The notes under the pieces: generated by a model
Told to the model about the DNA's origin: nothing
Seen by the model: the letters and a program-made list of their open reading frames with translations, nothing else
The model's database searches: none
Source of the DNA: Narcine bancroftii
Lineage: Eukaryota
Length of the DNA stretch: 64,000 nt
Direction of reading: 5' to 3'
Assembly: GCF_036971445.1 (NCBI RefSeq)
Contig: NC_091480.1
Coordinates: 31,744,001 to 31,808,000, forward strand
Translations under genes and position numbers: made by a program
In this document: piece after piece, positions 39,510 through 52,859 of the stretch
Numbering within the stretch: the first letter of the stretch is position 1
Layout of the letters: the number at the start of each line of letters is the position of its first letter

Positions 39510-40389
39510 TGTACAGCAACATGATATCACTGTTGCTATTAAGTATGAAAACTATTTTTAACAAATACAGAAAACATTGTTGTTTCAACTCAGCCTCATC
39601 TTTTTATGTTCAAGGTGGAATTCAGGTAGGGCCTGAATAATTACTGAGTTTTATGTTTACTAGATACAACACCAACTAGTAACTGGCTCTCCTAAAGAAT
39701 GCCAACTTTCATGACGATGGAACTCCATCTCCAGGACCACACTCGGTCAAATGTTACCATTATGTCACCTCTGAGAAATTGATGCAAAGGAAGTTGTTCA
39801 AAACAAGGGTCTGACATGGTCACCAGTTCAGGACAAACAGGTTCTAGGGGAGTTGAGAAGAGACTTCCGTGGACCTGGACAAAGTTTTGAGCATGCTGGA
39901 CAGGTTTTGATGTTAACTAATAAAGGATATTGTTATAATCTCACTGGATTTAGGCAGCTGGCAGTTTGTATCGATGCAAATTTTAGGCAACGCAGATGTA
40001 ATTTTATAAGAGCACAAAACGTCATTATAATCGGTCTACTTTTAGGTGTCATGTTGAGTGAACCAAATTGACTGGATGTTTGAAAGTATGACTGTTGGCA
40101 GCCATGGAAATTAAGTATTTGTGATTTTTGAGTAAAGTTGCTTAAAAATACATCAAGCAAGTTCCCCACCTGCACTCTGTAGATTGTACCACAGCTGTTA
40201 TGGGTTATTTTTGGAGCCTCCTAATTCTGTAGTTGCCCACTGTCAGTCGCCATTCTCAAATGATGGGGTATAGCTACTTTTATTCAGTCTGACATAAAGG
40301 ATTCTTTTCCTTTGGATTACAATATAGTTCATTTGATACGTAGGGTCCACCTTGCCTTGTGCTGCAGCATCATAGGATAGTTTTAAGTC

Positions 40390-41250
40390 GACGAGACCAG
40401 AACTATGCTATTCAGCCCATCGAGTCTGCTCAGTGTACTCCCGTTAACATTTGATGCCCTGGCTAATCAAGAACCTTAAATATACCCAATGATTTGGCCT
40501 GCACAACCACCTCTTGCACAAATTCCACAGATTTACCACCCTCAGGCTAAAGAAATTCTCCTGCATCTCTGTTCTAAGCAGACACTCTTCAATCCTGAAG
40601 TTGTGCCCTCTTGTCCTAGATTGTCCATGCCTTTCAATATTCAAAATGTTTCAATGAGATCCCCTCCCTCATTCTCTTAAAATTCCAATGAATTCAGGCC
40701 AAAAGCTGTCAAATGTTTCTCATATAACCCTTTCATTCCTGTAATCATCCTGGAGAACCTCCTCTGAATCCTCTCCAATGTCAGCACATCCAATCTTAAA
40801 TGAGGAGTCCCAAACTGCTCACAATACTCTGTGAGGTTCATCAGTGCCTTATAAAGCCACAACATAACATCCCTGCTCTTGTATTCTATTCCTCTTGAAA
40901 TGAAATGAATGGCTCATCCTGCAAGTTTACCTTCAAGCTATTCTGCACGAAAACTCCCAAGTTTGTTTGCATCTGGGTATTTTCAATTTTCTGCCCGTAC
41001 AGAAAATAGTTTGCCCATTTATTTTTTCTACCAATGTGCACGACCGTACACTTTCCGACATAATATTAATTTGCCACTTCTTTGCCCACTCTCCTAATCT
41101 GTTTAAGTCCTTCTGCAGCCTCCCCGTTTCCTCCACCTACCTTCATATTATCTGCAAATTTGGCCACAAAGCCATTCAATCCATGATCTAAAACACTGAC
41201 ATACAAGGCAAGGAGAAGCAGCCAAACACCAACCCTCGTGGAACAGCACT
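40390..41250 (-). mobile_element. CR1 LINE 3' fragment
   Basis: LQKDLNRLGEWAKKWQ, LERIQRRFSRMI, RVVNLWN. Confidence 0.88.
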
Positions 41251-41289
41251 AAACCCTCCCTCTAATCAAGGATAACGTATAAATTGTGA

Positions 41290-41700
41290 AACTATGGAGC
41301 TAATAGCGATCTCCAGACACTTGACAGAGAGTCTCCTGAGCATCCAAACTTATCAAATCTTCCAATTATGATAGTAATTTTTGAATGGGCCCCACATCTA
41401 GTCAAATTTAAACTTTATATCTTTAATTTTGTAACTAATTTTCTCCATGCTTAAACAGGGCATTACATCATGTAACCACTGGGCATTAGCAGGTGGAGAG
41501 TCATCCATCCATTTCATTAAAATTGCTCGTCTAGTGATCAATGAGGTAAAAGCTAGAATTTACTCTTGGGTTGGAGTCAATAACACATCCTCTTCTTAAG
41601 AAAAGCCAAACAAAGCAATGAGAGGGCATGGTTCTAATTTGATTTGAAAAATCTTTCCAAAATTTTTCTAAATTAGGACATCCCAAAAACATACAAATTA
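41290..41700 (-). mobile_element. L1/Tx1-type LINE 3' remnant
   Basis: Degenerate C-terminal ORF2 motifs (AFTSLITRRAIL..W..AQWLHDVM..L..EKI) on the minus strand. Confidence 0.55.
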
Positions 41701-42554
41701 ATGAGGGTTCAAAAGATTTTAAAACATCGCATAATCACCATCAGAGCTGAAACTCCATCCACTGCTGCTCTGCCGCCTGTTAGTGCCCCTTTCCAATCGA
41801 ATTTGGCCATTTCCTTTATCATACCACGAAAATACTGACACTTCTGATCTTTACTTTCTCCTTGTAAAATCTCAAATAGAACCCAGTCATATTGTGATCA
41901 CTGCCCCCTAAATGGTTCCTTTACTCTAATCACCTCTGTTGCATTAAACACCCAATCTAGAACAGTCATTTCCCCTCGTGGGCTCATCAACAAGCTGGTC
42001 TAAAACAAAAACCATCCCGTAGGCATTCTACAAATTCTCTCTCTCGAGATCCAATCCAACCTAGTTCAGTGTTGAATCAATTGATAGCTAAATTAGGGAA
42101 ATTAGTGATTTGTAAATCAGAATAAATCAAGATCTGCAATTAGTCTTACCTAATCTTAACCATAATGTTCACAGCACTTTACTCCCAACTCAACTGCAAG
42201 GTTCAAGATTGAAGAATGAGTAGAATATCACATTTTCAAAATATTTCCAAACATCATAGCCAATGAATAATTGGTGACATTTACAGTTCTTTTTGTGAAC
42301 CAAAGTAGCATCAAAGAATGAGATAAAGAACTTCATAAGTGATTTTGATGGTATCTGTTAAATATGAATGTTGGCCACGATTTTAAGAGAACTTCTCAAA
42401 CATCTCCCATGAAAATAGGCTGACAGTGCAGAAGTTTAACATCTAATCAAAATGGATGGATCTAGAACATTGTATTCCAGTGAAGTACAAGCCAAATGAG
42501 CCTAGGACCTACTACAGTAGCTTTGATTCAAAAAAAGGTCTGATCTCTACCACC

Positions 42555-43349
42555 ATCTCTCTTTGGCTTGGCTTCGCAGTCGAAGATTTATGGAGGGGTA
42601 AATGTCCACGTCAGCTGCAGGCTCGTTTGTGGCTGACAGGTCCGATGCAGGACAGGCAGACAGTTGCAGGGGAATATTGGTTGGTTGGGTTTGGGTGTTG
42701 GGTTTTTCCTCCTTTGTCTTTTGTCAGTGAGGTGGGCTCTGCGGTCTTCTTCAAAAGGAGGTTGCTGCCCGCCGAACTGAGGCGCCAAGATGCACGGTTT
42801 GAGGCGATATCAGCCCACTGGCGGTGGTCAATGTGGCAGGCACCAAGAGATTTCTTTAGGCAGTCCTAGGACCTCTTCTTTGGTGCACCTCTGTCACGGT
42901 GGCCAGTGGAGAGCTCGCCATATAACACGATTTTGGGAAGGCGATGGTCCTCCATTCTGGAGACGTGACCTACCCAGCGCAGTTGGATCTTCAGCAGCGT
43001 GGATTCGATGCTGTCGGCCTCTGCCATCTCGAGTACTTCAATGTTAGGGATGAAGTCGCTCCAATGAATGTTGAGGATGGAGCGGAGACAATGCTGGTGG
43101 AAGCGTTCTAGGAGCCGTAGGTGATGTCGGTAGAGGACCCATGATTCGGAGCCGAACAGGAGTGTGGGTATGACAACGGCTCTGTATACGCTAATCTTTG
43201 TGAGGTTTTTCAGTTGGTTGTTTTTCCAGACTCTTTTGTGAGGTCTTCCAAAGGCGCTATTTGCCTTGGCGAGTCTGTTGTCTACCTCGTTGTCGACCCT
43301 TGCATCCGATGAAATGGTGCAGCTGAGATAGGTAAACTGGTTGACCGTC
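42555..43349 (-). mobile_element. RTE-clade LINE, 5'-truncated
   Basis: Highly similar to 38236-39035; FTYLSCTISSDA..RLAKANSAFG..TKISVYRAVVIPTLLFGSESW. Confidence 0.95.
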
Positions 43350-43547
43350 ACCACCCATACAATCATCTTGCTATGTCATTGTCAAACAATCCAACAAACG
43401 TTGTTCACATTCACCTGAGGAACTGGGATACAAGTATTCAAGAGTCTATTAATTGTGAAAAGATATCCTAAAGTGAAGCATATCTTTTTAGGAAAGCCGT
43501 ACATAAAGGAAGGGGTGAAAATTGAAAAGATAAACATAAACAATTAC

Positions 43548-43707
43548 CTTGAATAAAAAGAACATAGTAGGCCCCAGCAATGGTAACATGAATCAGTGGA
43601 CTGGAAGGTACCAAACCTTTGGCAATATTGTGATACACTTTTCGACCTATGGGATCTCCACTCTTTCCAGATATTAGCAGGAAGATCAACTTATTAACAG
43701 ATGCATC
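43548..43707 (-). CDS. FAM234A: FAM234A coding exon 5
   Basis: ttccag|GAT...CAAG|gtaatt; DASVNKLIFLLISGKSGDPIG...HVTIAGAYYVLFIQ; 160 nt. Confidence 0.92.
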
Positions 43708-46399
43708 CTGGAAAAAGACACAACTCACTTAAATCCATACATTATCTGCAATTCATATACAAGGTAAGGAAGCATAAAATGCTTGTAACTCATGTTCACT
43801 ACAGGAAAATTGGCAAATACATTACTATTTGAAATATAATTTGATAGTTCTGTAATACAAAGGATCGCATTGTTTTGCCATGATCTGAAGGACTATGAAA
43901 ATTGAGCCTCAATGCACGTAGGAAGCTTTAGCATCACCAATTTGGCTTGAATTCTTGACCCTGTGTCAAATTCAGAAAGAAGTGCCACAGTTCTATTTAC
44001 AGGAAACAACTGCAGATGCTGAATCTGAAATAAAAACTCCTTTTACACTGAAAAGCTGCATTATTGCAGTATACACAACCCGACTCTGGAAGCTGGCTTT
44101 CTTGTTCACAAAGAATAGAAAAAAACCCGGATCGCTGGGTCCTTTTACACACCAAGCCGGATTCGCAAAGCAAAAGAGGTGGGATATGTAGCACAACAGC
44201 ATCAGTGCCTAGTGTGATGTCGTGTTGTATTGAGAAAAGAATCAGATTCAGTGGGTCTGGACACAAGGGTTTGCAATCACATATAGCTTTTATTAAAACA
44301 CAATTATAGAAGATTGTGGGAAAATATCACACACACAATTCATAAAACGGTAATTGTGTACTTTTTTTTACATTTTCGCATGCTCTTTTATAAATTGTGC
44401 ATGTTTTATTCCCGTATCATTTTCCCATGCTCCTTTATAAATTGCATGAATGTGTGTTTTATACCAGTTAACATTCTGCCACGCTCTTCTACAAATTGTT
44501 GTGTTAAAAAAAGCTCTGTGTCATTGCAAACCCTTGTGTCCAGTCCCACCAATTTGGATTTACACAGGTGGTGGTGGCAACATTAGCACAGTATGCACCT
44601 AGAAGAGTCTCCTGCTCTACTTGCTGTGCACCTATGACTATGCACCTTTTCTGGACCCAACATCACATCATCTTCCCTTGCCATTTTGATCTGGCAACAC
44701 AGGTCATCAGTATGAGACTGGTACCGCATCAATACGCTCCACCTCTGTTATTATTTACCTGGTGGATTGAAGCAAGGTAAAACGGATTTAGACCCCGCCC
44801 ACCCACCCCCCTCCCCCAATCTTCCTTAAATGCATTCATTCACACAGTGCTTGAAAAGCAGATTATACAAGGCTTTCAAGTGCTGTGCAAAAGGGGTAAA
44901 TAACAGGCAACCCTAGAACATTACCTTTGTTTTTCTCTTCCACCACAAATGCTGCCCAATGTGATGAAGATCTCAAATATTTTCTGATTTTTTTCCCCCC
45001 TACTATTTATATTTAGCTCATAGTATCTACATTAAAAGCACTGGTAGAAATGTTCCTATTCTGATCAAGCAGAAGGTTAAGATGGATGGCCCTTTAAACA
45101 GTGCATCAAAGATACTGATAACTGAGGGCAGTATGTCAAAAATTAAAATTCCTTGACACTTTGAGTCAATTTCATCTTCAACCTATTTAAAGTTTCTGGT
45201 GGACTGGAAAGGCTCCTCCCAGACTAGTAGTCTGGTTAGTCATGCAGGGCATTTATCACTTTTGCCTCTAAACAGCCAAGAGATCATTCCTGCACTATAT
45301 TCTGCTCCAGTGGGTTTTGATGCTTGTATCTGCAGAACAAATATCTAATGAAATGGAGAAAATTAGTTTGGAAGAAAATAGGATCTTTCTAAGGTGGTTG
45401 GCTGAAATGTTAAAAGAGGGAAAGGTATATGAGGATGCTAGCTAGTTTAGAATCTATTGTTCATCACTAACTGTCCATCAGGTGCAGGAAATGAGCCACC
45501 AACTTGAAATTTTGTATTCCCTTTTGCTAAAGGTGCTTCCACTCAGCAAGTTACAAGATTTCTAAACCAGAATGATGGAAGATTTGGAGAACAATCTATA
45601 GATGGTGCTACTCTCACACACCACTGAGGTGAGGACCGTAACTTTGACAGCTGCTGTCAGTCATTTTGGCAACCCATGTATTTTACAAATGTCACACGCA
45701 ATGGTGTGCGGGGGCGCGTGTCCCTGCATGTGTGTGTGTGTGTGTGCGCCCGACTCTGTGCACATCTGTGCATACGTCCCCCAGTGTGTGCATCTGTATG
45801 TGCATGCCCGTGTGTATCGCTCTGTCTTTGGGTGTCTGACCATCTCAGTTTGTGTGCATGAGTTCATAGCAGGGAATTGAAAAGTAATAACTGTGGCTTC
45901 TTTTTCAATAAAGGGTGCTTGTAGTACATTCCCATGAATAAGCCAAGTAGTTGAATATTTGCTGGCAGGTAACATTTTGGAAAAATATAATCTGGGAAAA
46001 ATTAATGGAGGCTTGGAAAAGATTTCAGTATTTTTAGTTAAACAAGGACAGCCAGCATATATTTGTAAAAGACAGGCCATGTTTGAATTCCAAGTTTGAT
46101 GAAGAAATATTATTCTTATGAATTCTCAGAAGTTGGGTAACAGGATTTAAATTCATGAGGATCAGCATTAGCCTGGATTTTAAAAGTCAATGAACTAGAA
46201 AATGGGAGTGCGGTGTGAGTACGAGTGCCAGAATCGGCACTTTTGTTTTGAATATTTTATTTTTCATTTTCCATCAATAAACACAGAGAAAACGTCACAA
46301 ACTTACAAAATACACAGGTATCCCCCAACAATCTATGTACATGTGATGTTTCTCCCCTTCCCTCTCCCACCCCCTTAAAAAAGAGGCTGGAAGTGGTGT

Positions 46400-47500
46400 C
46401 AGCGCTTTTGACCTCTATGCAATTTCTTTTGTTAATCCATCCATTAGTAATTTTTGTTGGGATGTGGCTACAGCTGTGCAGATATTGCATCCTTATTAAA
46501 ATATGGCAGCTATGTCAGTTTCTAAGATATTATGTGATTTTTTTTTTCTCATTGGTCTACAGCTTTGCATCTTGCTAGTCCACCTACTGAAAAGAGGGGA
46601 GTCAGATTTCCAGGTCATCGCTATGCTTTTTTATTTGCTATGGATAAAGCGATAAATATGAATTGAATGTTTATAGCTTATGTCCATGAGGTACCCCAGC
46701 AGATACAATATTGGGTCTGGCAGAAAGGTTACTTTTGTTATCTTGGTTAGTATAATCAGTCAAATCCTGCCAAAATGGGGCTACTTTTGCACAGGATCAT
46801 GTTGCGTGAATAAATGTTCCCAGCTCCACTCCACATCTGAAACATGTCTCGGCACCTCAGATTTTGCCTTGTGTATCTTTTGTGGCATGAGGTAAAGCTG
46901 GTGCAGGAAGTGGTATTGAACCAGTTTGTATCTAGAATTGATCAACGTTGTCACATTGTCTCTACACCAATCTGACCAGCATCTCTCGTCACTTATGATG
47001 CCTAGGTCTGACTCCCATCTCCCTCTCTTGGTCTGTATAGCTCTTGTTGGGCTTTCACCTTGGAGTACTGAGCACATTCTTGAAATAAATTTGAGTGTCT
47101 TTCCCAGTTGAAACATCCCTTCAACCTCGCTAGGTGTAGGCAGGGTCATTGCGGGGCCCAACCTATCCTTTAGAAACTTTTAACTGGAAGAAACAATGAA
47201 AGGTCCCATAAGACAAATTGCATTTACCTTTTAGCTGCTAGAAGGACATAAGCTGCCTCCCTTTGTAGCAATTCTCTATGTATCAGATCCCTTGCCGATG
47301 CCAAATCTCCAGGATTTTGTTACCCATGTTCATAAGTGTTTGTTGCGAGTTAGTGGTGCCTTTCACTCCAAAACACTAATTGATCTCGTGCCATATTTTA
47401 ATCAGATGTTTCAGTAATGGGTTATCCGTTTTTTTTCCTTATTAGTTTGACATCCCACAGCATTTTTCTTTTTATAAATGACATTGGAATAACATGTAAA
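46400..47500 (-). mobile_element. L1/Tx1-type LINE 3' remnant
   Basis: WESDLG..W..INSRYKLVQYHFLHQLYLMPQKIH (zf-RVT-adjacent region). Confidence 0.7.
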
Positions 47501-47899
47501 TTCCAAAATGTGCTTATATCAAGCTTAGAGATTTGGCTAATCATGTAGTTTTATCAATCAATTACTGCAAAATTATGATATGGAATTTAACAGAGAACTG
47601 TGAGGTGATGAATTGGCAGAAGAGATGGGGAGTGGCAAAGCAGATTTAATTTCAGTTCTAAAGAGTAGTATGAGAACAGAAGGTACACAAATCTTTGAAG
47701 GTGGCAAAATACAATGAGGAAAAAATAATGGCTTCACAATTCCTGACAGAGCAGTTAACAAAACAAATGGCATCTTGAGTATAATGTACAGACAAATTGA
47801 ACAAAAATACAGAAGGTTACAAAAGACCTTTAGAAAGTCCTGGTAAGGCTACCAGTAAATCTCATTCGGCCCTGGTCACTGCACTAGGAGCATGTATAG

Positions 47900-48264
47900 C
47901 ATTGGTTTTCAAACTGCCCCTCTAAACTCACATTCCACCTTAAGCAATCCCTATACCATAGGTGCTCTGTGATTAGCAAGGGATTGCTTAAGGTGGTAGG
48001 TGGGTAGAAAGAAAAAGGTTTGAAAAATCACTATTTTAATCGTGCCTCATTGACCTGCTTTGTGTTTCATAACTCCAAAGGAAATGGGCCAATGACAAAT
48101 TTTCTCAATCAAAATATTTCAGCAACATTTGGGTCCAGAGCAGTAGTTCTCCACCTACCCACATCCCACCTTAAGCCATCCCTTCCGAATCAGAGCACTT
48201 AAGGCATAGGGATGGCTTAAGGTGGAAGGTGGGATGTGGGATGGGGGCAGTTTGAAAACCACTG
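47900..48264. mobile_element. hAT (Charlie-like) MITE with internal palindromes
   Basis: TIRs CATTGGTTTTCAAACTGCCCC / GGGGCAGTTTGAAAACCACTG; 8-bp TSD ATGTATAG/GTGTATAG; related fragment at ~3983-4088. Confidence 0.85.
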
Positions 48265-48428
48265 GTGTATAGGAATATGAGAGACTGCAGATGAGGGATT
48301 TTAGCAATAAAAGTTCAGTTGAAGAATGTTGTCTCTCGTTGGTTGAGGAGATTTAATAGAGGAATACAAAAGTACAATAAGTTCCAACAAAGTACACAAA
48401 AGAAAAGCCTTTCTTTATCTTATAATTA

Positions 48429-48605
48429 CAGGGGTGGCCAAGCTTTTAATATTTAATTTAGACCTACAGCTCGGTAACAAGCCATTTCGGCCCACGAGTC
48501 CATGCTGTCTAGGTTAACTACACCCCCAGCATGGACTCGTGGGCCAAAATGGCCTGTTACCGTGCTGTAGGTCTAAATTAAATATTATAAGGTTCGCCAC
48601 CCCTG
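48429..48605. mobile_element. Palindromic MITE with hAT-like ends and SINE-derived arms
   Basis: CAGGGGTGGC...GCCACCCCTG termini; ~80-bp inverted arms. Confidence 0.75.
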
Positions 48606-49623
48606 TTATAATACATTAATGGATACGGATTTTAGATTTGGGGCCAAAAATGTGGGGAAACAACTCCGATTTTCTTTTCACACTAAGTAATAACAACCTA
48701 GTATTCTTAGCCCAAGTCTCAGAAGCAGAGATTATCAATTATTTCAGAAATTAGATAACCATCGGGAAATAAATTTGCAGGACAATGGGGCCAAAGCAGG
48801 GGAATGATACAGACAGGATTGTTCTACTAAATACTAACATAGCACAATTGGGTAAAAGGCCATATGGCAGTCTTCTTTGTCATAATGACCTACTCAAATG
48901 GTTATCCCAAATTTGTAATAACACAACGATATCCAAAGCTACAGAAAGACGGAGCCAATCATTATTACTGTATATTTTGGCGAACAAGTTGGGTCCCCAA
49001 TTTCAGTTTCATTTTCATGTTTTTAAATCATAGATTGTGTGTACAAGTTGATCCTCCAATTTTCTGCAAGTAATGTGCTGGAAACTGGGTCTGAGCCTCC
49101 CAGCAACAACCTAAACTTTGTTATAACACTCCAATCGTCAAGAAACAAATCTGTAAATCAAGCAAGGAAGTTCAAAAAAAAACCTTTGTTTCTGGCCAGA
49201 ATGATGCCAGATGGAGCGGAGTCAGCGACTCCATTCTCAATATCGGGTGTGGTGCTGTCTGCATCAAAGAAGTTACGTCGCTGCCCAAGTGTGCTCAGTG
49301 CATGAACCATGGATACCTGTTGGCTCCCAGAAAGGAGCAGCAACCTTGGGCTCTACAATTGTAGAATGTCTGGGAGGGTTTATGGTGGCCCCTGGCTGTG
49401 AGGAGGTGCTTCCAGAGTTGTCTTATATGTCAAATTTATGTCTTGTTTTTTTTTTTAAAAAGTTAAATTTAAGGTCTCAAAAGTATATCTGGCCCCCCCA
49501 TTTTTGAGGGTTTCAAGACTTGAATTTAAATTCAAAGTAATGCCAAAATATACAGTACTTTTTTTAATATATAAATGCACATTTGATCACCTCAATAATA
49601 TCAGAAGCAATCATTTCCCATAC

Positions 49624-49754
49624 CTGATTGGCAGGTGTGAAAAGTAACAAAAGATCTCCAACGTCATCACCATCTAGATCGGGAAGTACTAATGGAGGGC
49701 TAATCACAAATAACTCAGCAGCAAGGCTGGTATTGAGTCTCCACAATATTTCTC
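49624..49754 (-). CDS. FAM234A: FAM234A coding exon 4
   Basis: tttaag|GAGAA...CAG|gtatgg; EILWRLNTS...SPPLVLPDLDGDDVGDLLLL (FG-GAP-like DxDGD loop); 131 nt. Confidence 0.93.
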
Positions 49755-52533
49755 CTTAAATATAATACAAAAGATAAAATTTTAAATATCCACAACAATA
49801 AAAATGCCAGCTTTAGGCTGTTTTTTTTAAATGAGCAGCAATCAATAAATTGGATTATCGATGTTCTCTTATAATTAAGCCATCAATAACTCAAGTTTTG
49901 TGCGTGCTTGCATGGCAATGAAGGTGGAAATAATACAAAATTAGGGTACCTGAAATGCAGGTTTCATGATGAAACCTACAAAAAGCTTCAAAGCTTATTT
50001 TGTAAAAATAATGGCCCATATCAAAAAGTACCACCTGCTGGCTGCACTACACCGTACAATTCCAGATCTCGTAGCTGTGCATTGCAGCATGTTTAGCCTT
50101 GTGCTGCACCCCCAGGCTCACAGAAAAGGTGAAGCCAAGTGGTTTGTTTACACCCCTTTAAAAAAAAACATTGAAAAGGGCAATTTAAAATAATATTTTC
50201 TTTTCAAAAAAACCTTTTTATTTGGTTACATTTAACAGGCAGCTTGGGAGAATGGTGACGGTTGTGCTCTGCCTTGCCTTGTAGTAGGCCCTCCAAACTA
50301 TTGAGAGTTATGTGACTGCAAAAAGGTAGCCATGACCATGGGCATCTCACAAGGGGTTGATGCAAGGCCCAGGGAAGGTTAAAGTTAACATGTCCCATTA
50401 TACATAGAATTTGGAAACACTTTAGAGAATCACAAAACTTCCATTGCACAACCGAAGCAAGCCGTCTGGTCAACTGTGTCCAGGGCACCCAAATCACAGA
50501 TCTGATTACCAAAACAAGATTGCTTGCCTTGTATCACTGTGGTTACCCTTTTAAAAAAAAAATCAAACCATACTGCATTAACAGACTTCTGGTCCTCTGA
50601 TCTGTAGGATTGGAAAGCTTTGGTTGGGGCCTCCATTATTCCTTCCCTTAAACCACATTTGAATGAGCTGAACAGTATATTAAAGTCTAATGATTTATTC
50701 ACTTTTAAAGATATACATAACCCTTTAATATTTCTTCACTTTGTTTATATCGATTACTGCAAACTAGCCTTCCACACCTATATCATCCTCCATTTTACTT
50801 GACGGTTTTATAACCATCTCCAAGTAGTTCACTCCATACTCATCTTACCTTTTCATCTCAAAATTGTCCTATTTGTCTCATAGATACACTTCCTTTTACA
50901 AAACCTTTTAGAAATATACTTGAATTTGCATGCCAATATTATCCTTCATAAATTCCGGTTTAATTTCACTCCTGTATACCCTTCCAGGCTTGCTTTCTGC
51001 TATTCTGAAAAATGCATGTCATCAAATATGTTGAAAGAAGTTTTGACCAGGGCAATTCTAGGAATGATAATGACATTTGTGTGATTTTTTTTGGTGGAGC
51101 AGCTGGTTTAGGAAGGTCACCAGAATTCTTTACTTGTCTTCAAATACTGTCTTATGAACTTTAAATTCCAATTGCCCGCAGAATGAAACTCAAACTTAAT
51201 ATTTCATCTGAAAAACACCATCTACTATTGATATATGTGTAATCCCACAGATATTCAAGATAATTCAGCTAAAACTTCAGACATCTGTATTGATAATTGT
51301 ACAAATTGAATCAGTTTTTTTTTATATATATATAGACAATAGGTTGCATGTTAATTGATCACTAAATGTTGCTTCATTATCTAGCATCACACTTCTGAAT
51401 GCTGTTGGCATAATTTATTTACAATTATAAAATAATAAAGCACATTTTCTGATCAAAATTTTCCTTCCAGTAGCTAAAATGAAATTGATCTAATATCTGC
51501 AGGGTTCATCATACAGAAGTGTTTCAGAGCCAGTCCATAGCCTTTAAAATTGAAATGCAATAAAGAAGTCATTGAATTTAATGGATCATAAAAATCAATT
51601 AACTAAAGTCAGGAGATCACAAGACAATAGGTACAGGAGTAGCCTCTTACACCCTTCAAATAGTTGCTGTTCTGAAACTCAATCAAGTTACTGGTCACAT
51701 GAAAGTGGTAATTGGTTCTCTCTCCACGTGGCCTTTATTTCCAGCATTTCCTATTTAATTTACCTTGGTCTGCAGTTGTATCTTTTTATTTGGGTGGGGT
51801 GGGGTGCTAATGGCAATTGGTGGAAAATGCTTCAGTCCTAAATGCTTAGTTCTAAGAATCCTTGTCGTGCATGAATGTTCCAAAACACATTTTAATCAAA
51901 TACTTTAATCATAAGGAAAATGATCCAACTCTGCAATTCTGTATAATTATTTATGGTAGCATTTCAACATCTACAATTCCAAGGCATAGATCCAAAAAAA
52001 AAATCAATAAAAGGTAAAGCCTCAACAGTATCCTCAATAAATAGAAGCTATTTCCTTGATGAGCAGTGAGTGATTCCCATGTGCAAGGATATCACTACTA
52101 ACCTTACCATAACCTTGGAGTCAGGGAGAGCAAGGTGGTTCCTCAAATATTCCCAGGCCACCATGGTCAGAAAAAATGTCCAACCATAAGGAAGAACAAA
52201 TCACAATTCATTCCTTATCCTGTTGAAAGTTTGCCATAATTTTTCTCCCCATTCCTCCCTCTCCTTCAATTCTCATTTTTTCCACATTTCCCTCTCTCCT
52301 TTCCCCACTTATCCCTCTACCCCATCCATTGGTCCCTAATGTCCTAAACATCTCCCTCCCCTTTCCAGTTTTGATCAATATTATGCAGATTTTCATATTT
52401 ATGGAAATTACTGGACTCATTAAATCTATTTAAACAACTGTTCCATGATTTAATTTTGTAAGTATTCAAAATATTTCAGGTAAAGTCCTTCAGAGAACAA
52501 TATCATGAAGTTAAATGATTCTAAAATATATAC

Positions 52534-52722
52534 CAGTAGAATTGATTGCAGTAAAGTAATGAGGGATTCCAATAACTAGGCATCCTGAAGACTTTGGGCC
52601 ACCAAGATGTTGAACCCCACACTGAATGTGTTGAACATCCTCCACTATGGCTTTCTTCCAGAGGAGGCTCCCATTTGTTCCAGACAAAACAGTTAGATGT
52701 GCGCAAGGAAATGAAATCCCTT
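52534..52722 (-). CDS. FAM234A: FAM234A coding exon 3 (alternative acceptor at 52719)
   Basis: tttcag|AAG|GGATT...ACTG|gtatat; ISFPCAHLTVLSGTNGSLLW...CLVIG..FTAINST; 189 nt. Confidence 0.93.
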
Positions 52723-52859
52723 CTGAAAAAATAAACAGAATAAAATTTTCTATCTCCAACAAAATAATACTATGTATTATACAATTAGGCATTTTACCGT
52801 GCATATGGAAATTTAGTGTTTTACCATTTCTTTGCAACCCAAGTTCAGCAAGAGATTAG

